Source: Anaerolineae bacterium (GTDB lineage: Bacteria > Chloroflexota > Anaerolineae > B4-G1 > SLSP01). From it: 53,357 nt of DNA. Position 1 is the first letter of the stretch. Every line of letters begins with the position of its first letter. A program made the position numbers and the translations under genes. The DNA lies in contig JAFGFB010000091.1 of assembly GCA_016931315.1 (NCBI GenBank), positions 1 through 53,357 of the forward strand, written 5' to 3'. The notes beneath the pieces are model-generated. The model was not told where the DNA came from. It worked only from the letters and a program-made list of their open reading frames with translations, and ran no database searches. Below are positions 43,484 through 53,257 of this stretch, piece after piece.

Positions 43484-45037
43484 ATGGCAAGGTCTATGTC
43501 TCGTTGGGTTCGCATTTTTGAATGGTTGATTTTTTCCGGGTTGCTGGTGTTGATTGTTCTGGGAGCGCGTTCTTGGGCTGAGGATGCCCCTCGGGTCGCG
43601 CTAGTTACGGTGACACCTTCACCAGTATCCACTATTCCCCCAACGGCTACGCCGACAGCGATTGTGATTCCGCCGACGTGGACGCCGACCGCTACGCCTA
43701 CACAGACGCCGCCGCCAACGGCTACACCTTCGCCCACACCAACCCCCACGATCACACCGACCCCGGCTCCTATCGTATTACCGCCGCCAGCTCAGATCAT
43801 CTCGGAGACGGTGGTGGTCACTTCAACGCTTCCCATGCCGGAGCCTTTCCCCCGGGTCGGACAGCCCAAGGGGACGATCAATATCATGTTATTGGGGATG
43901 GATCGCAGCGGCGGAACGGAGACGGCGCGCACCGATGTCATGATGATTGCCTCCATCTTCCCGGATGTGCCCTCAGTCAGCTTGATCTCCATTCCACGTG
44001 ACTACTATGCCTGGATTCCCAACTGGGGTTTGGACAAAATCAACACGACGTATCTGCGTGGGGTCAAGACCCAATATCCGGGCGGTGGACCGGCGATTGT
44101 CAAGGCTGCGATTGAATACAATTTTGGCATTCCCATTCATTATTATGCCATGGTGGATTTCGGCAGCTATAAACAAATCGTGGATGCTGTGGGTGGTGTG
44201 GATGTGGTCGTCGAGTGCCCCTTCCACGACACCTATCCTGATGAGGATTCGCCCGAGGGGCAAACGGATATTGACATGAATCCCGGTATTCATCATCTGG
44301 ATGGCAAACACGCGCTTTGGTATGTTCGCTCCCGGTGGAATACTTCCGACTTCGACCGGCATCGCCGGCAACAGCAGGTGCTGCGTGCGGTCATGCAGCA
44401 GGCGCTCACGCAGAATCTCATCTCGCGCATTCCAGAGTTGTGGGGAGTATACCAGGATGCCGTGGAAACGGACCTCAAACTCACAGACATCATCTACTTG
44501 GGATCGGTGGGGGCGCGTCTGGATATGCGTGATATCAAGAGCCGTTTCATTCGCGGCGCAGACTTGCTCACCGCATGGACGGCGCCTAACGGTGGGGCCG
44601 TGCTCGTGCCCAATTACGAGAACATGCGTAACTTTATCGCTGAGGCCGCTCAGCCCCCCGTGACCAGTCGGGCTTCACAGCGTGCGTTTCGCGTTGTTGT
44701 TGCCAACGCCACTGGCAATACAGGGTGGGGGCATGTGGCTGCGTATCGCCTGGGGCTTGAGGGCTTTGAGGTGGTGGCGGTTGAAGAGGCTCCGGGAACG
44801 GCGCGTACCACCGTCATCAACTATATGACCACGAGCAAAGGCTCACCTGTCTATAAGTTTCAACAACTTTACAAACTGCAATCCGGTGATCTGATCGCCG
44901 AGCCGACGGAGAACAGCGATGTGGATTTCCGTGTAACTCTGGGGTGGAACTATAACTCTTGTCTCGGAACGACCACCGCGATCTGGTATGCTACACCTAC
45001 GCCGACTCCCTTGCCCACACCAGAGGCACAGAACTAA
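43484..45037 (+). CDS. LCP (LytR-CpsA-Psr) family protein with an N-terminal TM, a Thr/Pro-rich linker and a C-terminal LytR_C-like domain
   Basis: 'INIMLLGMDRSGG..RTDVMMIASI..ISIPRDYY' is the LCP core. The C-terminal region has 'FRVVVANATGNTGWG..'. Confidence 0.85.
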   Translation: MARSMSRWVRIFEWLIFSGLLVLIVLGARSWAEDAPRVALVTVTPSPVSTIPPTATPTAIVIPPTWTPTATPTQTPPPTATPSPTPTPTITPTPAPIVLPPPAQIISETVVVTSTLPMPEPFPRVGQPKGTINIMLLGMDRSGGTETARTDVMMIASIFPDVPSVSLISIPRDYYAWIPNWGLDKINTTYLRGVKTQYPGGGPAIVKAAIEYNFGIPIHYYAMVDFGSYKQIVDAVGGVDVVVECPFHDTYPDEDSPEGQTDIDMNPGIHHLDGKHALWYVRSRWNTSDFDRHRRQQQVLRAVMQQALTQNLISRIPELWGVYQDAVETDLKLTDIIYLGSVGARLDMRDIKSRFIRGADLLTAWTAPNGGAVLVPNYENMRNFIAEAAQPPVTSRASQRAFRVVVANATGNTGWGHVAAYRLGLEGFEVVAVEEAPGTARTTVINYMTTSKGSPVYKFQQLYKLQSGDLIAEPTENSDVDFRVTLGWNYNSCLGTTTAIWYATPTPTPLPTPEAQN

Positions 45038-45073
45038 GGCTCGACGAAAACCCTCTTCCACTATCACGGTAAT

Positions 45074-45115
45074 AACCACCGCGCCGCGAGGTCTATGCCT
45101 CGCGGCGCGGTGGTT
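45074..45115. terminator. Long GC-rich hairpin between convergent genes (bidirectional terminator candidate)
   Basis: 18-bp perfect stem AACCACCGCGCCGCGAGG pairs with CCTCGCGGCGCGGTGGTT around a 6-nt loop. Short A and T runs flank it. Confidence 0.55.
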
Positions 45116-45168
45116 TCAGCGTCTGTAGTTTCCTTGCCCCTTAGCCGGGCGCCGCTTCGATCACTGCA

Positions 45169-46269
45169 TCACGGATTGGTTGTATAAGCACCGCCGCACA
45201 TCTCAAAGTGTTCCAGGTGTTCGGCTTCAATTTCTGCAAACAGGTGACTGCCATCGTTCTTGTTGCAGTCCACCATAAAGAAGTAGTAGGATGTTTCTGC
45301 TGGGAAGGCAGCTGCCTGGATGGCGGCTGCGCCGGGACTGGCGATAGGCGCTGGCGGTAATCCCAGGGTGCGATAAGTATTGTACGGTGAATCTACTTCG
45401 AGATCCACAAAGTAGATGACCCGTTTCCACCACGTCCCTTCCTCAGGGCGATAGCCCAGGGCATATTGAACTGTGGGGCAGGCGGCCAGGGGCCAGCCGT
45501 CGCGTATCCGGTTGAGGTAGACGCCTGCAATAATGGGACGCTCCGCATCTACTACGGCTTCGCGTTCAACGATGGATGCCAGGGTGATACCTTCGAAAAG
45601 GCTCAACCCCTGCGCGGCGAAACCTTGCTGTACTTCGGGCGTCACCTGCTTCTCGAAGGCTGCCAGCATCCGTTCGATCAAATCGTATGCAGTCGGCGCC
45701 TGGGGTAACCGGTAGGTGTCAGGGAACAAGAACCCTTCCAGGGTCGCCGTGACCGGCACCTGTGCGAGGAAACTGAAACGGCTGACCAGGTCGGTTTGTG
45801 CCCATCCCGTTGTTGCCAGCTGTAGGAACTCGTCGGGATTGATGCCCGTTTCGGACGAGACCAGGGTAATGACTTCTTCCAGGCGCTTACCTTCGGGAAT
45901 GGTCACCTGAATATCGGGTGCAGCAGCGTTCTGCATCGCGAGCGCGATTTCCGGAATGGTCATAGCAGCATTCAGAGTATAACTGCCGGCTTGAATGCCC
46001 GCATCGAGTCCTTTGTGCTGCACATAGCGCCGGAAAAGTTCCGCATCAGTGATTAGTCCCTCGCGTTGCAACCGGTTGCCAATCACTTCGACACTCTGTC
46101 CCGGTTCCACCGTGAAGGTTACTGGAGTGTCATCGTCGCTGGCAGTTTGACCAAGAGCTTCGGTCTTGCTATCAATGTAGAAGCTCAGGTACATGGATTC
46201 CAGCGAGCAAGACATGAGTAACAGCACTGCCAATAAGCTCAGTAGCGTGAAAGTGTAACGGTTCTTCAT
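45169..46269 (-). CDS. mltG: Endolytic murein transglycosylase MltG (YceG family)
   Basis: 'FPDTYRL', 'LASIVEREAV' (catalytic Glu context) and 'AGVYLNRI'. ATG 46269 follows AAGGAG and gives the signal/TM 'MKNRYTFTLLSLLAVLLLMSC'; the track start is 46356. Confidence 0.85.
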   Translation of the reverse strand: MKNRYTFTLLSLLAVLLLMSCSLESMYLSFYIDSKTEALGQTASDDDTPVTFTVEPGQSVEVIGNRLQREGLITDAELFRRYVQHKGLDAGIQAGSYTLNAAMTIPEIALAMQNAAAPDIQVTIPEGKRLEEVITLVSSETGINPDEFLQLATTGWAQTDLVSRFSFLAQVPVTATLEGFLFPDTYRLPQAPTAYDLIERMLAAFEKQVTPEVQQGFAAQGLSLFEGITLASIVEREAVVDAERPIIAGVYLNRIRDGWPLAACPTVQYALGYRPEEGTWWKRVIYFVDLEVDSPYNTYRTLGLPPAPIASPGAAAIQAAAFPAETSYYFFMVDCNKNDGSHLFAEIEAEHLEHFEMCGGAYTTNP

Positions 46270-46345
46270 GGTACTCCTTGAGATGCACGTCAGCAGAAAG
46301 GCCAAAAGGCCATTTTTGACCGGGGTAAGCTGGCGCCCCTGGCTT

Positions 46346-46759
46346 TCAACCTTCACTCCTTAGGTGCTCGAGATAACTCTGTAGAATGATAGCCGCAGCG
46401 ATGGCGTCAAGCGCTTGTTTCCCCGGCTCGCGGCCCTGACTGCGCAACAGGTCTTCGGCTTCCACACTGGTGAGACGTTCGTCCCAAAAAACTACCGGCA
46501 GATCTGCCGCTTGTGCCAGGGCCATGCCATAGTCCCGCGCCCAGGCGGCTTGGGTGCCTTCGGTGCCGTCCATGTTGAGGGGTAGCCCGATAATCAGCGC
46601 GCCAACTTGATGCTGTTGTACCAGCGTTACGATGTGGGTAAAGTCGGTGGCGCGTGAGCTGCGGTAGAACATTTCGAGGGGGCGTGCCAATGTGCCGGTG
46701 CTATCGCTCAAAGCGACGCCGATACGCCGATCTCCAAGATCAAGAGCCAGATAACGCAT
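46346..46759 (-). CDS. ruvX: Putative pre-16S rRNA nuclease / Holliday-junction resolvase-like RuvX (YqgF)
   Basis: 'MRYLALDLGDRRIGVALSD' and '..ERLTSVEAE'. ATG 46759; the track start is 46807. Confidence 0.85.
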   Translation of the reverse strand: MRYLALDLGDRRIGVALSDSTGTLARPLEMFYRSSRATDFTHIVTLVQQHQVGALIIGLPLNMDGTEGTQAAWARDYGMALAQAADLPVVFWDERLTSVEAEDLLRSQGREPGKQALDAIAAAIILQSYLEHLRSEG

Positions 46760-46794
46760 GGTGATATCAACCAGGTGAAAATCAGAGCAACCCG

Positions 46795-48381
46795 TCACGG
46801 ATTCCAATGGGCTGGGACGGTTTCGAATTGCGTTCTCAGCGCCAGTCGTGGCATGAAGGGAAACCAGTCCGGCTTGATGGTTAGTTCCGGTGGTTGCGCC
46901 AACGGCAGAGTTTCTGCTAACACTTCCTGGGCAGCAGCAATACGCAGCCCTTGTATATCACGCCGGGCCGTTTCGAGGTCCAGTGAAGCTGTTGCCAGGG
47001 CATGTGCGGTCACATAGAACGTAAACCGTCCCGGACCGATATCTTCTTCGGCGGATTCACCGTATTCGAAGCGCGTATCGGTCAGCATATAGCCTTCAGG
47101 TAAGGCACGTGCCAGCTGTCGGAAAGCTACCGCCTGCACATCGCGCGCCTGCACGGCTTCACCCGTCACCAATAAGCGCAGGGATAATCCCAGCACCTCG
47201 GTTTGCTCACCCGTGAGGTGTGTATAGGCTTCTTTGGGAATGGATTGGATAACCAGTGTCTGGCGGGGCAAGAACTCTCCTGGTTCCAAATACTCGCTTT
47301 GTAGCAGCCCTTCATAGGCGTCATTGAGCACCTGCTGCGCGACCATGCGCCAGAGGCGCTCCTTATCGGCTTCGGAGACGGTGGCCACGATTTGGCTTTC
47401 TGCACCGGAAATCTGATTTGGGTTGGTCACTTTGAGCGCGAAACCTGCCATGCCCTCGATGAAATTGATCTGGTAGGCATCTACATTCCCGCGTGGACCT
47501 TCTTCAGTTGCCTCAATGGGTGCGCTTTCCTGTCCTAGCGGCGGCACCGTAACCTCGGTTGTAGTGACGAAACGCACGGGGTAGGAACCGCCCGAAGTCC
47601 GCACCAGCGTGCCTTTGGGCACCCGATAGGGTTGTGCCAGCAGGTTCGAGAACATCACAAAGCCCGTGGCTTTGCCCGAGAATGCATAACTCTGTCCGGC
47701 GGGCCGAATCTCGGCATAGCCCTCAAATTCATCGCCCACGCGATGGGAGGGAATGACATTGCGTTGCAGGTCCACTTGCTCGAGGTCTGGATCTACGGAG
47801 ACCGGAATGATCAGGCTGTAAGTGTGGCTCTTTGGTGTCAGCTTCACAGTGGCTGATGGCGTCAACAGAAAGGCAAGACCGGCGAGCACAGCCAGCACGC
47901 CCAGCGCCAACACCCCTTCCAGCACCCAGAGCCACCACGGCTGGCGCCGTGACGTGGGTCGCTTACGTGGCGACGGGTCTTCAGCCCATGGGGGACGAAC
48001 CTGGGGTTTAGGGCTTTTGGGCCGCCGTTGCGCCGGAAATCTCTGGTGTTGTACAAAATAGGCACTGGCAGTTTCTTCGCTTGAGAAGACCGGAAATCCC
48101 GCTTGCCGCGCCAGGGGGCGTCGTTCTGGGTCCTCTACCACCAGGGCGATATCGAGACCCTGCTCCAGTCCGGCGCGCATGAGAAATTCGAAATCTAGCG
48201 GAACGCTCCAGCCCTTATCCGAGGCTTCCCAGGGTAATACTAGAAGCAAGCGCTCGTCTGTGGCGCGACGCAACATCTCGCGCACAGTATAACGATCATC
48301 TGTATTCGTGATTTGTAAAATCTTGAGCTCTCGTTGTTCTTCCATCGGGGGGCAGTATGCCACAACTTGGGGATTTGCCAA
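46795..48381 (-). CDS. Single-pass membrane protein with an N-terminal cytoplasmic domain and a roughly 340-aa extracytoplasmic domain, function unknown
   Basis: 528 aa. TM 'WWLWVLEGVLALGVLAVLAGLAFLL'. I recognise no catalytic motif. A weak impression of a baseplate-J-like annotation family is not verifiable here. Confidence 0.5.
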   Translation of the reverse strand: MANPQVVAYCPPMEEQRELKILQITNTDDRYTVREMLRRATDERLLLVLPWEASDKGWSVPLDFEFLMRAGLEQGLDIALVVEDPERRPLARQAGFPVFSSEETASAYFVQHQRFPAQRRPKSPKPQVRPPWAEDPSPRKRPTSRRQPWWLWVLEGVLALGVLAVLAGLAFLLTPSATVKLTPKSHTYSLIIPVSVDPDLEQVDLQRNVIPSHRVGDEFEGYAEIRPAGQSYAFSGKATGFVMFSNLLAQPYRVPKGTLVRTSGGSYPVRFVTTTEVTVPPLGQESAPIEATEEGPRGNVDAYQINFIEGMAGFALKVTNPNQISGAESQIVATVSEADKERLWRMVAQQVLNDAYEGLLQSEYLEPGEFLPRQTLVIQSIPKEAYTHLTGEQTEVLGLSLRLLVTGEAVQARDVQAVAFRQLARALPEGYMLTDTRFEYGESAEEDIGPGRFTFYVTAHALATASLDLETARRDIQGLRIAAAQEVLAETLPLAQPPELTIKPDWFPFMPRLALRTQFETVPAHWNP

Positions 48382-48453
48382 GCGCCTTTATGGCGCCGCG
48401 CCCTGCCTCTACCTGGCGCAGTCAATTTCTTCAAAGTGAGTGAGGAAACAACA

Positions 48454-48535
48454 GGTGTTTTTGCGGCGGCGTTACGCGCCGCCGCAAAAACACCGACCCA
48501 TCATTCGTCCTCTTAGCGTGCTTGAAGTGCTGCTG
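48454..48535 (-). repeat. Short derivative of the hairpin repeat family
   Basis: The palindrome at 48454-48494 has 18-nt arms (GGTGTTTTTGCGGCGGCG) and a TTACG loop. The tail '..TCGTCCTCTTAGCGTGCTTGAAG' matches the CCTCTTAG tail at 8085-. Confidence 0.6.
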
Positions 48536-48556
48536 CTTGATTTATTGAGATTTAGC

Positions 48557-49819
48557 TCAACGGCTTCGCCCGCGTAGTTCCGCAGTTGTTTTGGTTGTTT
48601 TCTTCTCCTCAGGTTCGCCAGCACCGCGCAGGTTGACCAGCTTATTCAGCATATCGAACCAGAATGGCGCACCCAAAGCCAGAGCGAAGATGGTCAGTAG
48701 CCATCCCCCAATACGCGAGAGCCATCCCACGAAGGTGTGTGGCACCAGCCCCAAATCTGGCGCATCGCGATTCTGCGGGTCAGGCCAACCGACTGGGAGT
48801 TGCAGCGCATACAGCTCGGTGATGTAGCCGTCAATCTGGGTCAGAGGCGCTGTCTGGGTGGGGGAGATGGCGGAAGTGGGGGAAATCGTCGTGGTAGTGG
48901 TCAATACGGTCAAGCTGCCCACCGTAGTGCTAAGCATTTCCGTCGCTTGCACTGTGCTCTCTTGCGTTGCTGCAACCCGTTTCTCAGCCGCGGTGACCAC
49001 TGCCTGACGCAGCGTGGGGTCGCGATAGAGCGTATTGGCAATGAGGATAGTATCCACGTTGAGAGCCAGGGTCACGACTGCGGCAATGACCAGTGTGATG
49101 AGCTGCAATTTACGCTTGTACCAACCGGAGACACGCTCCATGGTGGTGTTGAACCAGGCTTCCAGATTGGCTTCGAAACGATCCAGGCTGCCCTGTGCGT
49201 CATCCAGTAACGTCAACAGCGCCTGTCTGGCTGGGTTCTCGTTGGGAAGTTGCTCTACGGCCTTTCGAATATCTTCCAGTTCTGCCGGCGGGTTGTCGGC
49301 AGTGAGGCGCTGTTTCAGCCAGTTCGTGAACAAGTCTCCAAGTGGCTTTTCGTCCAGGGGCGCTGACTTCTTCTGGGCTTCAGGAGAGGCTTGTTCTTTT
49401 AACACACTGACAATGGTCTTTGCAAAGGTGGTTGATGGAATGTAGGAGGGACCCCCGCGAGAATCTAGTGCGGTAAACTCAAATCCGGCTGCCCGCACGG
49501 GCTGAGTGAAGCTTCTGCTTGCCCGTCGTGCTTTCACGCGGGCTTCCACCCGTGGTTTCTTGCGCTTGTTATAGGCGTTATCAAACGTCCCCTCGTGAAA
49601 CAGACTCTTGATCAGGCTGTGCTGGTAGAACTTTGTGGCAAGTTCGACTTGTTCTTCATACTCTCCCCCGAGCATCTGTTTGATAGCTACTTTCAAGGTC
49701 GCCGCCCGCATTTCCCAGATTCGCGCGATGGCTTCATTGATGGTGGAAACGATAATGCTCAGCAGAAAATAGATTAGTGCCAGGCCAATGCCAACTTCAA
49801 TCATCTGCAGGTTTAACAT
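48557..49819 (-). CDS. Membrane protein of unknown function (N-terminal TM, central soluble/coiled region, C-terminal TMs, motif 'GAPFWFDMLNKLVNLR')
   Basis: 420-aa ORF with hydrophobic segments at residues about 5-30, 245-265 and 385-400, plus a Thr-rich stretch. Confidence 0.5.
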   Translation of the reverse strand: MLNLQMIEVGIGLALIYFLLSIIVSTINEAIARIWEMRAATLKVAIKQMLGGEYEEQVELATKFYQHSLIKSLFHEGTFDNAYNKRKKPRVEARVKARRASRSFTQPVRAAGFEFTALDSRGGPSYIPSTTFAKTIVSVLKEQASPEAQKKSAPLDEKPLGDLFTNWLKQRLTADNPPAELEDIRKAVEQLPNENPARQALLTLLDDAQGSLDRFEANLEAWFNTTMERVSGWYKRKLQLITLVIAAVVTLALNVDTILIANTLYRDPTLRQAVVTAAEKRVAATQESTVQATEMLSTTVGSLTVLTTTTTISPTSAISPTQTAPLTQIDGYITELYALQLPVGWPDPQNRDAPDLGLVPHTFVGWLSRIGGWLLTIFALALGAPFWFDMLNKLVNLRGAGEPEEKKTTKTTAELRGRSR

Positions 49820-49867
49820 TGAATACCCCCTTTTGTGTGCTGCAAAAATAACATGCGCCCCGCGGTC

Positions 49868-50263
49868 TTACTTGAGTTGATCCAGACGGTTACCACATGC
49901 CGGGCAAGTCTTCCATCCATGGTGGATGGTATGCCCACAATAGGGACAGGGTAGATTTTTGGCTGAGGTGGATACAGCCCCGGTGCGGTTGAGTTGTTGT
50001 ACCACCAGGATAATCACGGCCATGTGTCCTATAGGGATGAGCAGGATGAGCAAAATAATCAATGTTGTCCCCAGCCAGTTTGCAAAAGTGGGAGATGCTT
50101 CGCACTCGCCCTCGATGCACAGGGGGAGCTGCGGCTCTGCTTGAGGTTGATAGGGCCGAAAGCCTTCCATCAATGGCCCACGATTGACTGTCACGAGAAA
50201 CGCCATCACTACAATGGCGCCCGTGATGAACAGGGCGCGCGTGAGCCATTTAGAGCGCTGCAT
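49868..50263 (-). CDS. Small membrane protein with a C-terminal zinc-ribbon
   Basis: Two TM segments, then 'CPYCGHTIHHGWKTCPACGNRL'. I chose this over the overlapping alternative-frame ORF 49890..50249. Confidence 0.55.
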   Translation of the reverse strand: MQRSKWLTRALFITGAIVVMAFLVTVNRGPLMEGFRPYQPQAEPQLPLCIEGECEASPTFANWLGTTLIILLILLIPIGHMAVIILVVQQLNRTGAVSTSAKNLPCPYCGHTIHHGWKTCPACGNRLDQLK

Positions 50264-50380
50264 GCTGGTGATCCTTTGCTGTGGGCCTCTTCATGGATGA
50301 AGTTGATGCTTACATTGTAGCATGATTTTGGCTAAATTTTTCGCGGAATAGCGTGCGTGCATAAGCGGTCTGCCCATCCC

Positions 50381-50416
50381 AAAATCAGGCCGCCAGCACA
50401 TTGCTGACGGCCTGAT
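50381..50416 (-). terminator. Rho-independent terminator of alaS
   Basis: On the - strand, stem ATCAGGCCG pairs with CGGCCTGAT (9 bp) around a 15-nt loop, followed by TTTTGGG. It lies 34 nt after the alaS stop. Confidence 0.6.
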
Positions 50417-50449
50417 GGTCATACGCTTTGGCGCCGATTCCCAGTTTTT

Positions 50450-53170
50450 CTACTTCAGAGTCTCTTCTACCAATCCCACGACTGCCGCCAGCGCTGCATC
50501 CAGTTTCCTGGCATCGCGCCCGCCTGCCTGGGCGATATCTGGACGTCCGCCGCCGCCGCCGCCCACGATTTGCGCAACCTGCCTGACCAGATTCCCCGCG
50601 TGGATGCCGCGTGCATTCATGTCTTTGGTCGTTGCAGCGATGAACAACGGCTTGTCCTCGATAACTGTACCCAGAACAATGACGCCGCCGTTCATCTTGT
50701 CGCGGAACCAGTCTGCCATCTCGCGCAGCGTGTCCACATCGGGTGCTGTCACCCGCGCCGCGAGCACGGGTATGCCTTTCACTGTAACGACGCGGCTCAG
50801 CAGCGATTCGAAATCCGCGCGCGCCAGCTTGCGATACAGTTGCTCGGCCTCCTTGTGCGCTGTGTGTAAATCCTCCAGCAAGCGTGCGACACGCTGCGGC
50901 GCTTGCTCGGGCGTGCTTTCCAGTGCTGCGGCAATGTGCTCTTGCCGCGCGCGCAGGGTCTGCATGGCTTGCAAGGCGCCACGCCCCGTAACCCCTTCGA
51001 TGCGGCGGATTCCAGCGCCGATGCCGGTTTCAGCGGCAATCATAAAAGGCCCAATATCACCCGTGCGGCTGACATGGGTTCCGCCACACAGTTCCTGGCT
51101 GAAGGGCGCTTCTGGTTCACCGACGCGCAGTACACGCACGATGTCGCCATATTTTTCCCCAAACAGGGCAATCACGCCCTGGCTAAGTGCATCGCGGTAC
51201 GCTTCCTGTCGTGCTTCGACGCGATAATTGGCCAGCACCGCGTCAGTCACCAACCGTTCAATTTCGGCGCGCTGCTCGGGCGTCATAGGCTTTTCGTAAT
51301 TGTAATCGAAGCGCAGACGTTCCGGCGTGACCAGAGAGCCTGCCTGCGCGACATGGCTACCGAGGACCTGACGCAGCGCGCGGTGCAGCAGGTGTGTGGC
51401 GGTATGATTCCGGCGAATATCCCAGCGCCGTGCGGCATCTACCTGTGCGAGCACTTTGTCCCCGACCCGTGGGCACCCGCGCACCACGCGCCCGATATGT
51501 ACGATGAGGCCTTCGACCGGGCGTTGCATGTCGGTGACTTCGATTTCCCAATCCGGTCCGCTGATCCGCCCAATATCGCTTACCTGCCCGCCCGATTCCA
51601 CATAGAAGCCCGTTGCACTCAAGACCACTTCCACGTCATGGCCCTCGAGCGCGGTATCCATTACCGCGCCGCAGCTCAGCAGACCCACCACCTCCGCCTT
51701 GACATCAAGCGGCCCATAGGGGTCGTAGTGCAGGGCTTCTGGGTGAATGGATTCTACTGCTGCCGCCAGCTCCGTGTAAACCCGTGTACGTTTATCATCT
51801 TCCATCTTGAAATCTCCAGCCGCGCGGGCGCGCGCGCGTTGTGCTTCACGTGCAGCGTGGTAGCCCGGCTCATCCACCTGGAAGCCATGTTCCCCGGCGA
51901 TATCCTTGGTCACCTCCAGGGGCAGCCCCAGGGTATCATGCAGGAAAAAGGCATCCCCACCGGGAATGTCGGTTTGTCCGACGGCGCGGCGCGCGGTCAT
52001 GATCTCATCGAGGCGCGCCAGTCCTTGATCCAGCGTGCGCAGGAAGCGTTCTTCCTCGCCAGTGATGGTAGCGGTAATGAAATCAGCCCGCTGCGGCAGC
52101 TCCGGGAACTGCTGTCCCATCATTCCGATGAGCAGAGTCGCAAGGTCAGCCATGAACGGGCGATTGAAGCCCAATCTTCGCCCAAAGCGTACTGCACGGC
52201 GTAGCACCATGCGCAGCACATAGCCGCGTCCCTCGTTGGCGGGGAGCACCCCGTCGCCAATCAGGAAGGTGCAAGCGCGTACATGGTCAGCGATAACACG
52301 GTAGGCGGTGAACTCGGCTTCGCGCTCCGCGTCACTCTGCCCGGTGAGGGCTTGTGTCTTCTGGATAAGAGGCCAGAAAAGGTCCGTGCGGTAGTTCGAA
52401 TCCACATCCTGCAAGATGGCGGTCAGCCGTTCGAAGCCCATTCCCGTGTCTACGTGTTGTGCGGGGAGTGTTTCCAGGTCGTAGTTACCTTTATTATTGT
52501 ATTGGATGAAAACCAGATTCCAGATCTCGGTGAAGCGGGCACAATCGCCATTCACACGGCAGACGTGGCCGGCTACGCCTTGCTTGTTGCAGGCTTCGGG
52601 ACCCCGGTCGTAATTAATCTCCGAACAGGGACCACAGGGACCGGTATCCCCCATCTCCCAGAAGTTATCCTTGCGCCCGAAGGTGAGGATATGCTCGTCC
52701 AGGATATCCGTCTCGGAGCGCCAGTAACCGGCGGCCTCTTCGTCTGCGCCCAGGTCGCCCTTATCGTCCTTGAAAACTGTAGCCCATAGGCGGCTTTTTT
52801 CCAGTCCATAGACGCGGGTGAGCAAGTCCCAGGCCCAACCAATGGCCTCTTTCTTGTAATAATCGCCGAAAGACCAGTTGCCCAGCATTTCAAAGAGCGT
52901 GTGATGGGTATCGTCGCGTCCTACATCATCCAGGTCGTTATGCTTTCCGGCGACACGCATGCACTTCTGCGTATCAGCCGCGCGTGTATAGGGGCGACTG
53001 CCCATGCCGAGAAAGATGTCCTTGAATTGATTCATCCCTGCGTTGGTGAAAAGCAGTGTGGGGTCATCCTGCGGCACAAGGCTGGCGCTGGGTACAATCG
53101 TATGCCCGCGCTCAGCGAAATAATTCAGGAATGCCTGGCGGATTTCTGCGCTCGTCATTTTCTGGGTCAT
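50450..53170 (-). CDS. alaS: Alanine--tRNA ligase
   Basis: 'IRQAFLNYFAERGHTIVPSASLVPQDDPTLLFTNAGMNQFKD', 'HTATHLLH', 'CGGTH' and C-terminal DHHA1 'GGGGGGRPDIAQAGG'. ATG 53170 lies 8 nt after GGAGGA; the track start is 53257. Confidence 0.95.
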   Translation of the reverse strand: MTQKMTSAEIRQAFLNYFAERGHTIVPSASLVPQDDPTLLFTNAGMNQFKDIFLGMGSRPYTRAADTQKCMRVAGKHNDLDDVGRDDTHHTLFEMLGNWSFGDYYKKEAIGWAWDLLTRVYGLEKSRLWATVFKDDKGDLGADEEAAGYWRSETDILDEHILTFGRKDNFWEMGDTGPCGPCSEINYDRGPEACNKQGVAGHVCRVNGDCARFTEIWNLVFIQYNNKGNYDLETLPAQHVDTGMGFERLTAILQDVDSNYRTDLFWPLIQKTQALTGQSDAEREAEFTAYRVIADHVRACTFLIGDGVLPANEGRGYVLRMVLRRAVRFGRRLGFNRPFMADLATLLIGMMGQQFPELPQRADFITATITGEEERFLRTLDQGLARLDEIMTARRAVGQTDIPGGDAFFLHDTLGLPLEVTKDIAGEHGFQVDEPGYHAAREAQRARARAAGDFKMEDDKRTRVYTELAAAVESIHPEALHYDPYGPLDVKAEVVGLLSCGAVMDTALEGHDVEVVLSATGFYVESGGQVSDIGRISGPDWEIEVTDMQRPVEGLIVHIGRVVRGCPRVGDKVLAQVDAARRWDIRRNHTATHLLHRALRQVLGSHVAQAGSLVTPERLRFDYNYEKPMTPEQRAEIERLVTDAVLANYRVEARQEAYRDALSQGVIALFGEKYGDIVRVLRVGEPEAPFSQELCGGTHVSRTGDIGPFMIAAETGIGAGIRRIEGVTGRGALQAMQTLRARQEHIAAALESTPEQAPQRVARLLEDLHTAHKEAEQLYRKLARADFESLLSRVVTVKGIPVLAARVTAPDVDTLREMADWFRDKMNGGVIVLGTVIEDKPLFIAATTKDMNARGIHAGNLVRQVAQIVGGGGGGRPDIAQAGGRDARKLDAALAAVVGLVEETLK

Positions 53171-53229
53171 GGTTCTCTTCCTCCGTGGTGACATACCATA
53201 AAGGCTGTCATTCCGTTTGCATGGGTGTG

Positions 53230-53257
53230 ATTGTAACCAAAAGAAGGCGCGTGTCAA
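53230..53257 (-). promoter_or_regulatory. Putative sigma70-type promoter of alaS
   Basis: On the - strand: TTGACA (53257-53252), a 16-nt spacer, then TACAAT (53235-53230). The leader is about 50 nt. I saw no T-box-like structure. Confidence 0.5.

Noticed and set aside
43447-43755. 102-aa - strand ORF rich in GVGV repeats
   Set aside because: It is the antisense frame of the Thr/Pro-rich linker of the LCP gene. It is a low-complexity artefact.
7282-48494. Possibility that the recurring palindromes form a CRISPR array
   Set aside because: The copies are kilobases apart and separated by genes. The repeat units differ in sequence, there is no regular repeat-spacer periodicity, and no cas genes are present.
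50415-52204. Long + strand ORFs (270 aa at 50415..51227; 433 aa at 50903..52204) antisense to alaS
   Set aside because: They lie entirely inside the unmistakable alaS reading frame. Their composition is Arg/Ala/Ser/Pro-rich, as expected for the antisense frame of a GC-rich gene. They have no SD site and no recognisable motif.
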